Assembly: GCA_030264375.1 (NCBI GenBank)
Contig: JASCQW010000112.1
Coordinates: 78,001,446-78,065,445 of the forward strand
Reading direction: 5' to 3'
Source: Carcharhinus longimanus
Lineage: Eukaryota
Length of the DNA: 64,000 bases
Shown here: one piece after another, positions 38,207 through 50,921 of the stretch
How positions within the stretch are numbered: position 1 is the stretch's first letter
Layout of the letters: every line of letters starts with the position of its first letter
Translations under genes and position numbers: made by a program
The notes under the pieces: generated by a model
What the model saw: only the letters and a program-made list of their open reading frames with translations
Databases searched by the model: none
What the model was told of the DNA's origin: nothing

Positions 38207-39967
38207 CATCTTGGCAAAGGAATAAGATGTTAATGAATCTACAATCAGGTACGTTAAGCAGTCTGAAGGTAAAATAAAGGCCAATATTAATGTTTCTGGA
38301 TATCATACTGCCAGGTAAGCTTTTATAAATAGAAAACATCCACATTTGGATGAAATGGAGAAGTTATGGAATGTGTATGTGGAATACCAGCATGAAAAAA
38401 ATACCAATTACCGTCCCAATTACTAGGAATAAAGTAGTTAAATTGTACCAAAAAAATATAAAATGACAAATGGGGGTAGTACTTATGCTACCCAAACCTC
38501 GACAAACTTCACTTCAATGATGGAAAAGCTTATAATAAGGGTAAGTGTGACTAATGTATATTTCTTATTGTGTTAAATTGTTGGATGTACAAATATTTGT
38601 CTGTGTTTTATGTGCACCTATTGGGCAGATTTCCCGTGGGTGGGGGAGTGGAGGGGGTGGGGGCATGTAATATGGAATTGGTGCCCATCACATATCTTCC
38701 TGAGCTCTCCCCCAGACTCCCAATTGATCCACATACTGNNNNNNNNNNNNNNNNNNNNNNNNNNNNNNNNNNNNNNNNNNNNNNNNNNNNNNNNNNNNNN
38801 NNNNNNNNNNNNNNNNNNNNNNNNNNNNNNNNNNNNNNCTCTCCCCCAGACTACCAATTGATCCACATAATGCACCCTCACACCATAAAACTGTTGCCAT
38901 GGGTGACAGGGCAGAAGTGGGAAATCGTTTTCAAACTTTAATGTTTAAATGAATGGATTGGCGGGGGGGTGGGGGGGCGGAATCACTCTTTGGGGGTTTC
39001 CCTTGGTTGATCACAGGATGAAGGTTGAATCCTAACCCTTCCTTCCTATCTACCCCCTCTGATAAACCTTCTCGCCCCACTCTGCCTAACCCATCCAAAC
39101 CCTCCTGACCCAAGACCCCAGGCTGACCTGAGAGCCACTGGACATGTTCTTCTTTCCTTTGTGCAATGCCAGCAGTGGCCACTAAAGCTTTCCTGGCGCT
39201 GCCCAGGCTGGTGGGGCTGCCAGCTAATTTGCTTCAATGAGAGGGCAGAGGTCCCATTCGGTCTAGCCCGGAGCTGGGTCAGTTCCATGCTGGCATAGTT
39301 TGTGGGGATGGTGTGGGGGAAAATGCTGACATGACAAACCACCACCCCCCCGCCCCCCCAGATACTCCTATCCATTGGGTGGGGTTTTCCAGTCCCGCCT
39401 ACCCTGAGGCCAGAAGATACTGCCCATAGTGCACAGATCTTTAGTTTGGCTGTTGAATGATCCCTCCCTTTGTGAGGATCTCTGTGGTCAGAGGAATTGG
39501 AAGGTTTAGGCCCCCGATTCAATTGCCTTTTATTCTCTATTCCTATCGAAAGTTTGGATATTTGGAACCTACCCAATTAACTCCCAAACATAAAATCTGC
39601 TGGCTGTTTGGGAGGTTTTCCAAGCACATTCACTTCATGAATAGTGGGACTTTATTGTCTGAAACACCTTTTTGACACAATTACAATACTAGTACCAGGA
39701 ACAGTTTTAAGTGATGTTGCATTTCCCATCTGCATTTTAATTTAGGTGATGTGGAGCTGAATACTTATTCCAAGTACGTGCACAGATACTACACCTTCTC
39801 CAACTGATGGGGAAATTTTGCATCGTCCAATGACAGAAGGGAAACAACTATCCAGTAAGCTCTTTGCTAACTTTGAAAAGGATTCTAATAATCCAATAAA
39901 CTACTTTTAAATTACATATTTGGCTTAAATTTGTTCTAACGGCAGGTACTGGTTAGGTATTAGGGTA

Positions 39968-40110
39968 AAAGAATGAACTTGCATTGAGGTAGCAATTTAT
40001 CACATCACTTCAGAAACTTCCAGTGTGATTTGGATGAATTCCATTTTTGTTATATAGGTAAATGCATTTACTATTTTGTACACAGCAGGTGCCAATAACC
40101 AGCACTGAAT
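39968..40110 (-). mobile_element. Highly decayed 3' part of a DeuSINE-like element
   Basis: AAAGAATGAACTTGCATT...TTTTGTACACAGCAGG resembles the reverse complement of the SINE tail at 52830-52900 and 56767-56790. Confidence 0.35.
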
Positions 40111-40149
40111 CAAATTATCAGACAATCTACAGAAGAAGAGTCACAACGA

Positions 40150-40575
40150 CCCAAGGAAACTTGATTGAAACGGACAAGTTCCTGAGGGATATTGAGGAAG
40201 AGAATTGCAAAGACTCAGCACTCTCTGAGAGAAAAAGATTTTCTCATTTCTGTCTTAAATAATGACCCCTTATTTTTAAACAGTGACTCCTCGTTCTCTA
40301 TCCTCCCACGAGGGGGAACATCCTTGCCACAGGAATCTTTTTCTCTCAGAGAGCGCTGAGTCTTTGCAATTTTCTTCCTCAAAAGGCAGTGAAACCAGAG
40401 ACTTAGAATAGAATTAAGGTGGAGCTAGCTAGATTCTTGATTAGCAAGGGGGTGAAAGGTTATCGGGGATTAGGTAGCAATGTGGGATAAGGTTGGAATC
40501 AGTTAAATCTTATTGAATGGTGGAGAAGATTTGAGGGGCCGAGTGGCCTACCCCTGCTCCAAATTTGGATGTCCA
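40150..40575 (+). mobile_element. CR1 LINE 3' fragment with an internal inversion-duplication
   Basis: GNLIETDKFLRDI, then an inverted segment (40192-40330), then TTTTTCTCTCAGAG and a CR1 3' UTR (GAGGGGCCGAGTGGCCTACCCCTGCTCC). Confidence 0.8.
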
Positions 40576-41329
40576 TATGCTATCCAAAAATCTAATTTAA
40601 TTGTGAGGATGCATTTGTAAAATCTATTGACAATTGTGCACTTTGTATGGTTTTTTTTTATCCAGTCAATAATTTCACCCATATTAATCCTTTTGAGGAA
40701 AGCCACATCTTATCTGGAGCAAACAAGGGGAACATGTACAAGATCTTATAACAAGTTATGAACTTCTTAAATAAGTAAGTTCCCCTTTGCAGCAGTTGTA
40801 ATTAAACTATATTTGGCGAGGAGTTGTAGCAATGTGAGTGAGACGATTGTCATTGGTTGATGAAGATTTTGATGCAACACAGTTTAATGGCCACCTGCTA
40901 AAATATCACTCATGCATTTTGTCCCTGTCCAAAATCAACATGGCAATAAATTTATTATTTGAATTTTTCCTTAACTCCTGAAATTGTATTTTCCGCGTAA
41001 AATAGAGTTCTAAATTCCACCGATGACCCGAAATATCCTCTTTGGCAGCCAATGAAAATACTGATATTAAAATGGCTTTAACTTTCCTGTGAATTTCATT
41101 AGAATATTCTCAATGTGAAATGGGGGAAAGCTTCCATTAAATTTGCATGAAGGATTGGAATCCACGGAAAGTACTGAACTCATATATTTCTCAGCTTTAA
41201 GAATGTGGTTCAACATTTCAATTTTCAACTTATTCAGCCCCCTTCATGCATGTTAAACATGGCATGCTTAATAACCTATAATAACCTTCCATCCATCAGA
41301 AGGTCAGATTTGGGGGTGTGTTGCTGGTG

Positions 41330-43175
41330 TTTGCACAATGTGCAGAACCATTCACACTTTTCCAATCTGAGTCCACATGCAGCAAATTCTGTATAACATT
41401 CAGAACCCAGCTGAGAAGTGCAGGTAATATTCATTGTCACACAAGTGTCATTCAATGACCAACTCCAAAAACAGGGAATCTAACCATTTCTCCTTGACTA
41501 TCAATTATCATTGCCAAATTCCCCATCATTAAGATCTTGGGGCTTAGCATTAACCAGAAACGTAACCAGCCATGAAAGTTCTATGCCTACAAAAGTAGAT
41601 CAGAGGCTGGGAATTCACCTCCTGAATCCCCACTGTCCACAAGGCACAAGTCAGGAGTCTGGTATCATACCCTCCATTTGCCTGGATAATGCACCTCCAA
41701 GAAGCTCAATGCCATCTGGAACAAAGTCTCGGGCTTGATTGGAACTCCATCAATCACCTTAAATATTCACACACTCCAGCACTGGTATACTGTGCCAGCG
41801 TTATGTACCATCTAAAAGCTGCCCTGCAGCAATTCAACCACTGCATCTCTTACACAGGTAGCTCAAAGTTCTACAATCTTTTAGCTGCATAATTTGGATT
41901 TATAGATACAAATATGGAGGAAATTCAAGTTCAATATATTTACCTCTTCCATTGTATTAATGTACAATTTAACAAACATTCACAATTATTTTATGTTTAA
42001 TTATTTAAGCAGCAACTCAGCAGGGCTCCTTCGACAGCACCTTCCAAATGTATGACCTCTGCCACCTCGAGCGGATGCTTGGGAATATCATCAACTGCAA
42101 ATTTCTCTCAAAGTCAAACAGCACCCGGATCTGGAACTATATCGCCATTCCTTCATTGTCACTGGATCAAAACCTTGGAACCCCGTTGCCGATAGCACTG
42201 TGGATGTAAGTTTATCTGAAGTTTATGAAGTTTATCTTGATCAATTGGGTCAGTGGGTTGACGAATGGCAGATGGAGTTTAATTTAGACAAATGCGAGGT
42301 AATGCATTTTGGTAGATTGAACCAGGGCAGGACTTNNNNNNNNNNNNNNNNNNNNNNNNNNNNNNNNNNNNNNNNNNNNNNNNNNNNNNNNNNNNNNNNN
42401 NNNNNNNNNNNNNNNNNNNNNNNNNNNNNNNNNNNNNNNNNNNNNNNNNNNNNNNNNNNNNNNNNNNNNNNNNNNNNNNNNNNNNNNNNNNNNNNNNNNN
42501 NNNNNNNNNNNNNNNNNNNNNNNNNNNNNNNNNNNNNNNNNNNNNNNNNNNNNNNNNNNNNNNNNNNNNNNNNNNNNNNNNNNNNNNNNNNNNNNNNNNN
42601 NNNNNNNNNNNNNNNNNNNNNNNNNNNNNNNNNNNNNNNNNNNNNNNNNNNNNNNNNNNNNNNNNNNNNNNNNNNNNNNNNNNNNNNNNNNNNNNNNNNN
42701 NNNNNNNNNNNNNNNNNNNNNNNNNNNNNNNNNNNNNNNNNNNNNNNNNNNNNNNNNNNNNNNNNNNNNNNNNNNNNNNNNNNNNNNNNNNNNNNNNNNN
42801 NNNNNNNNNNNNNNNNNNNNNNNNNNNNNNNNNNNNNNNNNNNNNNNNNNNNNNNNNNNNNNNNNNNNNNNNNNNNNNNNNNNNNNNNNNNNNNNNNNNN
42901 NNNNNNNNNNNNNNNNNNNNNNNGTTACATGGGTAAGATGGGTATAGAGGGATATGGGCCAAATGTGGGCAATTGGGATTAGCTTAGGGGTTTAAAACAA
43001 AAGGATGGCATGAACAAGTTGGGCTGAAGGGCCTGATTCTATGCTGTACACCTCGATGGCTCTATGACTCCATGACTCTACGTGTTGGAGTAGTTCAAGA
43101 AGATAGCTTAACATCAGCTTCTGAAGGGACAATGAGGATTGGGTAATTATACTGACTAGGCCAGTGATGTCCTCG
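41330..43175 (+). mobile_element. Decayed CR1/L2-group LINE ORF2 3' half (same family as 1-235), interrupted by two insertions
   Basis: Degenerate segments AAGTAGATCAGAGGCTGGGAATT, CACAAGGCACAAGTCAGGAG, CTCCTTCGACAGCACCTTCCAAA, TTCAAGAAGATAGC; interrupted at ~41840-42008 and ~42208-43080. Confidence 0.7.
42236..43080 (+). mobile_element. CR1 LINE 3' fragment (spans a gap) nested in the older LINE
   Basis: LDQLGQWVDEWQMEFNLDKCEVMHFGRLNQGRT (CR1 RT C-terminal motif); 3' UTR ending CTATGACTCCATGACTCTA. Confidence 0.85.
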
Positions 43176-43431
43176 TCCTAGAAACAGAGTTTTAAAAAAT
43201 CACCAGATCTTTGCATTAAGGATAACTCAAAAACAATACAAAATTACATTCAAGTTGCTTTAGAAATTTGGAAGGGGCATTTGGACAAGTGCAATTACAA
43301 TAGATCATAGCTTTATGTTGGAAGGGAACAGATCCATGTGTAGAGGTGCATTTGGGTGGAAGGTTTTATGGATCACTGTAAAAGATCGAGGAGATTTGGT
43401 CTGTTGCATTCATTTAAAAATTGATTTTATA

Positions 43432-43749
43432 GAACGTGTGCATTGCTGGCTGGATCAGTATCTATTGCCCATCCTTAACTGCCCTCCATTTCAGAGGGTA
43501 TTTAAGAATTAACTACATTTGAATCAGGAGTCACATGTAGACCAGACCAGGTAAGGATGGTGGATTTCCTTCCCTAGAGGACATTAGTGAAACAGATGGA
43601 TTTTACTACAATCGACTAGGGTTTCATGGTCATCAGTAGACTTTAAATTCCAGATATTTATTGAACGCTGTCAGATCACACATGGTCCCCAGATCTTGCC
43701 CTGGATCCCTGGAGTACGAGCTCAGTGACAAAATCACCATACCACTGCC
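43432..43749 (-). mobile_element. SINE whose tail matches the LINE at 1-235
   Basis: TATTGCCCATCCTTAACTGCCCT matches the LINE tail at 9-30; body GACCAGACCAGGTAAGGATGG..CCTTCCCTA..GGACATTAGTGAA; tRNA-like head at the right end. Confidence 0.65.
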
Positions 43750-44510
43750 AAAAGTCTATAATCTTTTAGTCACATAATTAGCATTTGGATTTATAGGTAC
43801 AAATATGGAAGAATTCCAAGTTCAATATATTTGCCTTTTCCATTATATAAATGTACAATTTAATAAACATTCATGCAGCAATTACTTGAACAGGCTGGTG
43901 GCCAACACTTGTGTTTAAGTTATGCTTACGCCAGTAAAATTACCTTTTCATTTTTTTGCAGAATTCCCTGGTGTTTTGTGCTCTTCTTGGAAAATAGATA
44001 AAATTATTTGAGGTACACCAGGCAAAAGTCTAGAAAAATGCATCCCTTCTATGGTAAGATATGGATATGTCCTTCAGCTGTTTTCATTGGGAAGAGGGAA
44101 TAGAAATGTGGAGCTGCTTAAAGGACCCAGTAATGTAACACTTGGGTTTATGCCTCATACATGAATAAAGCAAAGCGTTACTTTCCATTGTCAAATCCAT
44201 TTTTTTATGTTATAAAATTAATACTGAGAAGGATGTCAAGATAGTGACTTGGGTCACAAGTATAACAGCCTCCTTTGATGATTTGCCTGTGTTCAAATAC
44301 TGACTCTCAGTCAATAATCAAGTGATATTATCGAGAAGATATGACATTTTGTGCTTGAGTAACATAAATCCCCTATTGTTATAGCTAGGGAAAAATTATG
44401 TAGCACTTACACACGAGCCCTTCATCACTGCTGTAATATCTTTCCATGAAAACCAATCCAAAATGTTCAACAGAGAAACAATTGTGTTTATTTTTTCTAA
44501 TTTTATATTA

Positions 44511-44724
44511 CCACGGCATTTTCCAGCTCCCCTATCATATGCTTACTGGCAGTAGAGGCGGCTTACCTGGCGATTAGTCAGATCTTCCAGGTCCATCAAT
44601 GTTTACAGTTTACATTTGTTTACATTTCTCGCCCTTCCTGCTGCCAGGGTTCATTTTTGACTCAAGGGTTCAATTTTGGCAGGACTGGAAGACCTGCTGG
44701 AGAGAAAGGCTAGAAAATCCTGCC
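44511..44724. mobile_element. Imperfectly palindromic MITE-like element
   Basis: Ends GGCATTTTCC / AGAAAATCCTGCC; internal inverted pair GATCTTCCAGGTCC / GGACTGGAAGACC. Confidence 0.45.
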
Positions 44725-44780
44725 TCATGTTTCTAATAGTACAGTCTATTGAGAAATGGATTCTGTTACAATGAGGCATT

Positions 44781-44950
44781 AGGCGGGATTTTTTTCCCTC
44801 TCCACGGCACGCTTCATGGTTGTGGGAGGTAGCACTCCGTTTGCTGGTAGTGGGAACTTATGGTCCTGCTATTGTCAATGGGGTTTCCCATTAAGCACAC
44901 ACCTCATCACCAAGAAACCCATGGTGTGTGTGCCATCAGCAGCAAGATTT
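44781..44950. mobile_element. MITE-like fragment related to the insert at ~53502-53690
   Basis: Starts GGCGGGATTTT; shares TGTCAATGGG(G/A)TTTCCC core with 53578-53594. Confidence 0.45.
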
Positions 44951-46282
44951 TAGCCACTATCTCTAACTTGTAAAAAGTTGTCTTATGTCCTTATGAACTT
45001 TCTGACATACTGCCTTTCTGCACAGAAACAAATTCCAATAGAAATGATATGAGAGCTTTGGCTTTTCAAAAACATTCACCACGGGCACAGGGAATCCACT
45101 GTTGGAGAAACGAGGTAGATGTTTTACTAAATATGTCTAGATAATCGAAATACCTTCTCCGTTCATTCCTTCCTTCATCCCATTGTTATGTGATGTGTTA
45201 CTCGCCACATGTACAAGATTGTTTGCGGTTGAGTGTTAATAATTTTTGATAAATGATCTTTAATCAGTTTACTTAAGATGTGATTTTCATTCTGCTTTTA
45301 ACCCTGGGTGATTCAAGGCTAGCATGATGTGGGGTGTTAATAAAACCCTTGTGGCTCCTTGATATGAGGTTCTTTTCAACAGAATTCTGATTTCAATGGA
45401 ATTATTCTGCACTGTTCACTGCCCAAAGTGCTGCGGCCAATGGATGAGAGTGGGAGGTTGATTCCACCAGGGGACCCAAGCAAACAATTCCAGCATGGGG
45501 TAATGATGAAAGGAGGAGCTCAATAAGTCTGCAAAGAACTGCTGCTGGTGGGAGGCTGGGCATATCCATGGGTTTCCTGCGAGGTTCCCGAAGCATTCTT
45601 TTTCCTATTAGTCCATTAGGAATTTGAACAGTGATAATAAAAGATAATTTTTGGCCTCTACTGTTTCTTGCACTGTGTTGCTGATGACTTTGGCTTCATC
45701 TGGTCATCCTGTGATTTCATCTTAAAATGGGTTTAATGTAACTGCGTCATTCTACAAATCCCAGAATACCCCTTTTGGGGACTTTTAATTAAGTTGGGGA
45801 CTAAATGTCGATAGAATAGAGACCATCAAAGGGCTTAAGTGTGAGAATACAGACACTGGAAATGAATAGGGGCAAGTTGGAGTTTCTGCAAGTAAACATA
45901 TCATGGTAGAAATTTGCATGAAGGTATAAGGGATGATTTGAATTTTTAATTTCAAAAGGAGGCAAGAAGGAGTCATAATAAATTAGGCAAAAATGTTAAA
46001 TTTTATTTTAGCAGGAAGTAGTGGCCACAAGGGAAATATTAAAGGTTTTAATATTTTGGGAAACATAAATTTCAAGGGAGGAAAGGGCAATAAGAAAAGA
46101 TGTAAGAGAAAAAATATATCCAAAGGAGGGCTGGAAGATGTGCTAGGTGTGGCCATATAAGGTCTCTGAATAAGAGTTGCTGGGACAGACCTGTGAAAAA
46201 ATGAAGCAATCTTCAGCCACAAAGAAGAGTGTCTGCTGTTTTCAGAAAGCAAAGATTTGATCTAAAGTTTCTGGAATTGCAA

Positions 46283-46915
46283 GACCTGATGAAGTGTATC
46301 CCAGGACATTGTGGGAGGCTAGGGAAGAAATTGCAGGTCCCCCAGCCAAGATACTTGAATCATCGATAGTCACAGGTGCAGTGCCTAAAGATTGAAGAGT
46401 GGCAAATGTTGTGCCTTTGTTTAAAAAGGGCTGCAGACTGCTATTCTCCAATTGCCTGGGACCTCCCCTGTAGCCAGTGAGGATACAAAGATTTCTCTTG
46501 AGGCCCCAGCAATTTCCTGCCTTGCATCTCTCAGTATTCTGGGCTACCTTGATGTTTCTCAAGAATCCGAATACCTCCTCCTTTTTGAGCTCAACATGAC
46601 TCAAACTATCTACACATCCTTTCCCAGATTCATCATCTACCAAATCCTTCTCTTTGGTGAATACTGACGCAAAGTACTCATTTAATACCTCGCTCATTTC
46701 CTCTGGCTCCACACATAGATTCCCTCTCTTGTCCTTGAGTGGGCCAACCTTCTCCCTGGCTACCCTCTTGTTCTTTATATCTGTGTAAGAACGATGGATA
46801 TAGAGAAATATTGGCCAAATGCAGGCAATTGGAATTAGCTTAGGGGTTTTTTTAAAAAAAAGGGCAGCGTGGACAAATTGGGATGAAGGGCCTGTTTCCA
46901 TGATGTAAATCTATG
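46283..46915. mobile_element. Composite CR1: + fragment, - fragment, + 3' UTR
   Basis: + strand PDEVYPRTLWEAREEIAG..VPKD*RVANVVPLFKKGC (46283-46437); - strand YTDIKNKRVAREKVGPLKDKRGNLCVEPEEMSEVLNEYFASVFTKEKD (46440-46790); + strand CR1 3' UTR (46792-46915). Confidence 0.85.
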
Positions 46916-47350
46916 AATTCTCCACAGAAGAGTTAGGGAGAGGGAGAAATCCTGAGACCTACCTTCCCTGCTGCCTAATGCTAATATTACNNNNNNNNNN
47001 ATGGGACTACAGCATGACCCCTCTATCTTCTCAACCCTTCTTCTATGTGTTCCAACCAGGAGTAAAGGGCGGCAGGGTTAATATCAAAACTCACGGAAAC
47101 CTCAACCATTGTTTTCTGTACTGTGTTCTCTGAAATTCTAAACTCTCCGCTGATTATAACACTGGCTCAGCGTCCCTTTGTAAATGTCAGAATTCAATTA
47201 AACAGTACAATTGAAATGAAACATAATTGTGAAAACACAACATGTAACAACAGAAATATCACAAAATATAACCTCTTGTTAATGCTTTGTATAAATACAA
47301 TAACCTAAACACATGTAAGTACATAAACAAGAGTCTTGCATTTACATGAT

Positions 47351-47480
47351 GCTAAAGGGATCAAGGGATTATGGGAGGAAAGGGGGGTAAGATATTGAAT
47401 TTGATGACCAGCCATGATCACAATGAATGACGGAGCAGGCTCGAAGGGCTGAATCTTCTGCTTCTAGTTTCGATTTTTTA
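47351..47480 (+). mobile_element. CR1 LINE 3' UTR fragment
   Basis: GGGATCAAGGGATTATGGGAG..CAGCCATGATCACAATGAATGACGGAGCAGGCTCGAAGGGCTGAAT. Confidence 0.75.
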
Positions 47481-47545
47481 TGTTTTTTATCTCTCCTAAA
47501 TTCCTGTATTCCTACTGAGGGACAAAGTTTTGAGAATGTTTCTTG

Positions 47546-47862
47546 TAGAATTCCTACAATGCAGAAGGAGGCCATTTGGCCCATCGAGCCTGCACTGACA
47601 ATCCTACCCAGGCCCTATTCCCGTAACGCCACGCATTTACCCCGCTACTTCCCCTGACACTAAGGGGTAATTTAGCTTGGCCAATCAACCTAAACTGCAC
47701 AACTTTGGACTGTGGGAGGAAACCAGAGCACGTGGAGGAATCCCACGCAGACATGTGGAGAACGTGCAGAATTCGCACAGACTGTGACCGGAGGCTGGAA
47801 TTGAACCTGGGTCCCTGGCACTATGAGGCAGCAGTGATAATCACTGTGTCATCACGCTACCC
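47546..47862 (-). mobile_element. Near full-length HE1/V-type SINE
   Basis: CR1-like tail, core, and tRNA-like head (GGAATTGAACCTGGGTCCCTGGCACTATGAGGCAGCAGTG). Confidence 0.9.
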
Positions 47863-49721
47863 ATTCTTGTGTTACAATCTCAGTCCAGAAACCCAAGTTT
47901 ACTTTCGGACTGGGATGCGACCCCAGTGTTTGTTAGGGATCCCTAAATGTGATCCCATCGTCCCTGAGCGAACAGCACAGGATGTGCTAGGACTGGCCAG
48001 GAATGGACCCCTGTGAATTTTTCCCTGAACCGCCGACTCTTTCACCCCGGTGATGATTGGTGCTACGGAGCCAAGTTTTCTGACTGAATCATTCAGACCA
48101 CACTTGTCTACGTGTAGTGTTTTATGGTAAGTCTCAAAGCATCCAGTTAAGGAGCTAGAATTTTTGTTTTACAACCAGTTCCTTCTCGAGAGAATAAAGC
48201 TATAAGATTCCATGATTTTAAATAAATAGAATAACTCTTACTGTACAAAATTCAGCCAAGCAAACCATCAACATGATCTATCTTACATTCCAATGTGCAA
48301 GATTATCATGAGGTAAACATTGATTGACAGACAGTAGTCAAATATACCATAACCTGCATGTTCATTGACAGATCCAAGACAGAACCCCCCACCAAAGCTT
48401 CTCAACAACCCAGCCAAGTGTCACTGAGTCCCAAACACTATTTACAACTCTGTCTTCTTCCTGAAGAATTCCAGTTCCTCTCTTTCAAAGACCTGACCAC
48501 TGATTTCCTTGAAGTGCCACGACAACTCAGAATCCAATGAATCCTGATTGTTCAATCTCTTTTTCTGAGATTGCAACCCACTGGATTTATGAGGGTTATG
48601 TACCAGCAAAGAACTCCCAGCATGATTCCAGCTCTCCAGGTACTCCCAGCAGAACCTGACTGCTCACAGCTTTCCTTTACCCCATTGACCAAATGCACAG
48701 GACTGTCACTGTCCCCATCACTGAGTGCCCTCAGCAGCATGGAGCTAAAGGCAGCATTTTAGCTGCTCGGAGTTGGCAATCCTCTGTGTCTGATTTCCCA
48801 CCGGCTATTGTTCACTCTGTTCCTTGTATTAATCTGTGCAAGCTGCTACTTACTATCTCTCAACAGAGTTCCACCCCTGGTCCTTGGCAGAATCCATGGT
48901 ATCAATCCTTGGTATTGTCCGTACCTTAAATGTTACAACAAAGGGCGAGTCCCCACAGGTAGAAAAATGTTATTGCTCCCCAACTCAAACAGACACAAAT
49001 GAAAAATCAAAAAATAAAGATTCCATCACATTTACAGAAGCATCACAGCCTTCTTTCTGGTTCTGTACCTTCTCAATTTATTTGTATATACAGAGTGCAC
49101 AAAGTATAAAGAGTTAATCTTTTTTTAGTCTGGGGTCAATACCATATTGGACACTTATCACAGAGCTTGTATGTAGACAAGTGTGATGTAAACATTTTGG
49201 CTGGAAAATTTGTCACCATAGTCACAATAGCCACAGAATATGAGAGTCAGTCTGGAAAAAGAATTGACGGAGGTCCATCGCAGATCAACTCTGACACATC
49301 CCATGGTGTTCACACTGGATCTATGGGATGAATTTTACAGGGGCATGATACTTGCCCCCCCCCTCTCCCCCGCACCCACCCCTCCCTCAAGCCCAGTGTT
49401 TTATTTTAGGTTTGGAGTCTAGATGGAATTTGTTTTGGATTTTCCTGTTACCCTAATGATTTATCCATGAAACCAATTACAGATTGACATAAATCTCAGT
49501 AACTCCACACAAGGTTGTAATTCCCAGCTGGTCACCATGTTTTAGTCATGTGACGTCACAGTTCTGTCAATGATTATATCAGTGACAGGGGCTTCTGATG
49601 TTCACCTTTTATTCTACAGCCAGAAGTAACATCAATCCTGAATTGACTGACAATAAACGAGGAGCTCTGGGTGACCTCACTGAGGTCACTTTCTTTGACA
49701 AGCCCACTTTCTGTGCCTTTT

Positions 49722-49818
49722 AGCTTTGACACAGGGTCACCTGGACTTGAAACACCAGCTCTTTTCTCTCATTACAGATGCTGCCAGACCTGCTGAGATT
49801 TTCCAGCATTTTGTCTTT
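49722..49818 (+). mobile_element. Penelope-like element terminal fragment with decayed hammerhead motif
   Basis: AGCTTTGACACAGGGTCACCTGGACTTGAAACACCAGCT..CAGATGCTGCCAGACCTGCTGAGATTTTCCAGCATTTT. Confidence 0.55.
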
Positions 49819-50334
49819 CGGAGCTGAGGGTCAGAATTCCGCCTGTCAGTGGGAAGACATCTTGTCCTGAAGAGCTGCTGATTAATATGATTGGTCAAAA
49901 ACTCCAGCGGTCTCAGTGCAGTTCCAGGGCTGAATGGCGGTTACTGATGGAACTGCAGAGTCCCCATGCTGGACAGAATATAGCCACCAGGTAAGTTTTG
50001 GATTTTGCAAGGGCAATAATTGACAACTAAAGGTCCTCAATAGGCATTAAAGGCAATGGCTTAGTGGATATCTCACAACACATATCCTTTCCCCGCAACA
50101 CCCAGCCCAAGGCCTGGGCCAGGGGTGCGGAGGAAGGCAGTGGGCTAGCAACATGACATATTTTACATGCCCCCCCAAAAAAAACACACCCATTGTAGAG
50201 GAGAGGAAAAGTCTAACTCTATGTTTGAAGGGCGATATTGTAGGCATTGTACAGGCTTGCAGTAAGAATGTAGAGTTGGCAGATCTTCACGTCAGACAAC
50301 ATCTCATACAGATTTCATGTGTGACTGGTCATTT

Positions 50335-50575
50335 CATAGAACATAGAACATTACAGCATGGTACAGGCCTTTTGGCCCTCGATGTTGCGCCAACCTGTGA
50401 AACCAAAAAGCCCATCTAACCTACATTATTCAAATATCATCCATATGTTTATCCAATGACCATTTAAATGCCCTTAATGTTGGCGAATGCACTACTGTTG
50501 CAGGCAGGGCATTCCACGCTCTTACTACTCTCTGAGTAAAGAACCTACCTCTGACATCTGTCCTATATTTATCAC
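50335..50575 (-). mobile_element. CR1 LINE 3' end
   Basis: DKYRTDVRGRFFTQRVVRAWNALPATVVHSPTLRAFKWSLDKHM; CATAGAA tail repeats. Confidence 0.9.
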
Positions 50576-50675
50576 NNNNNNNNNNNNNNNNNNNNNNNNN
50601 NNNNNNNNNNNNNNNNNNNNNNNNNNNNNNNNNNNNNNNNNNNNNNNNNNNNNNNNNNNNNNNNNNNNNNNNNNN

Positions 50676-50862
50676 AGGCGGGTACAATTTTATCTTTTAA
50701 AAAGCATTTAGACAGTTACATGGGTACGATGGATATGGAGGGATATGGGCAAAATGCGGGAAATGGGATTAGCTTAGGGATTTAAAAAAAAATAAGGGCG
50801 TCATGGACAAGTTGGGCCAAAGGGCCTGTTTCCATGCTGTAAACCTCTATGACTATGACTCT
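50676..50862 (+). mobile_element. CR1 LINE 3' end (same family as 42924-43080 and 46792-46915)
   Basis: TTTAAAAAGCATTTAGACAGTTACATGGG..GGGCCTGTTTCCATGCTGTAAACCTCTATGACTATGACTCTA. Confidence 0.85.
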
Positions 50863-50921
50863 AGACAGTGACCCAAGATAGGAATCAAACACAGGTCCCT
50901 GGCGTTGTGAAGCAGCTATGC
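50863..50921 (-). mobile_element. HE1/V-type SINE head fragment
   Basis: AGACAGTGACCCAAG..GGAATCAAAC..GGTCCCTGGCGTTGTGAAGCAGC. Confidence 0.6.

Noticed and set aside
38620-39600. GC-rich DNA-transposon-like segment (similar stretches at 36020-36730 and 49330-50200)
   Set aside because: Probably decayed repeats, but I could not establish TIRs, TSDs or coding motifs.
47870-48937. Possible solo LTR (starts and ends TGTTACA)
   Set aside because: No TSD and no second copy in the window.
50335-50862. Single inverted CR1 spanning the gap
   Set aside because: The two sides are different CR1 families and the junction lies in Ns, so the structure cannot be resolved.
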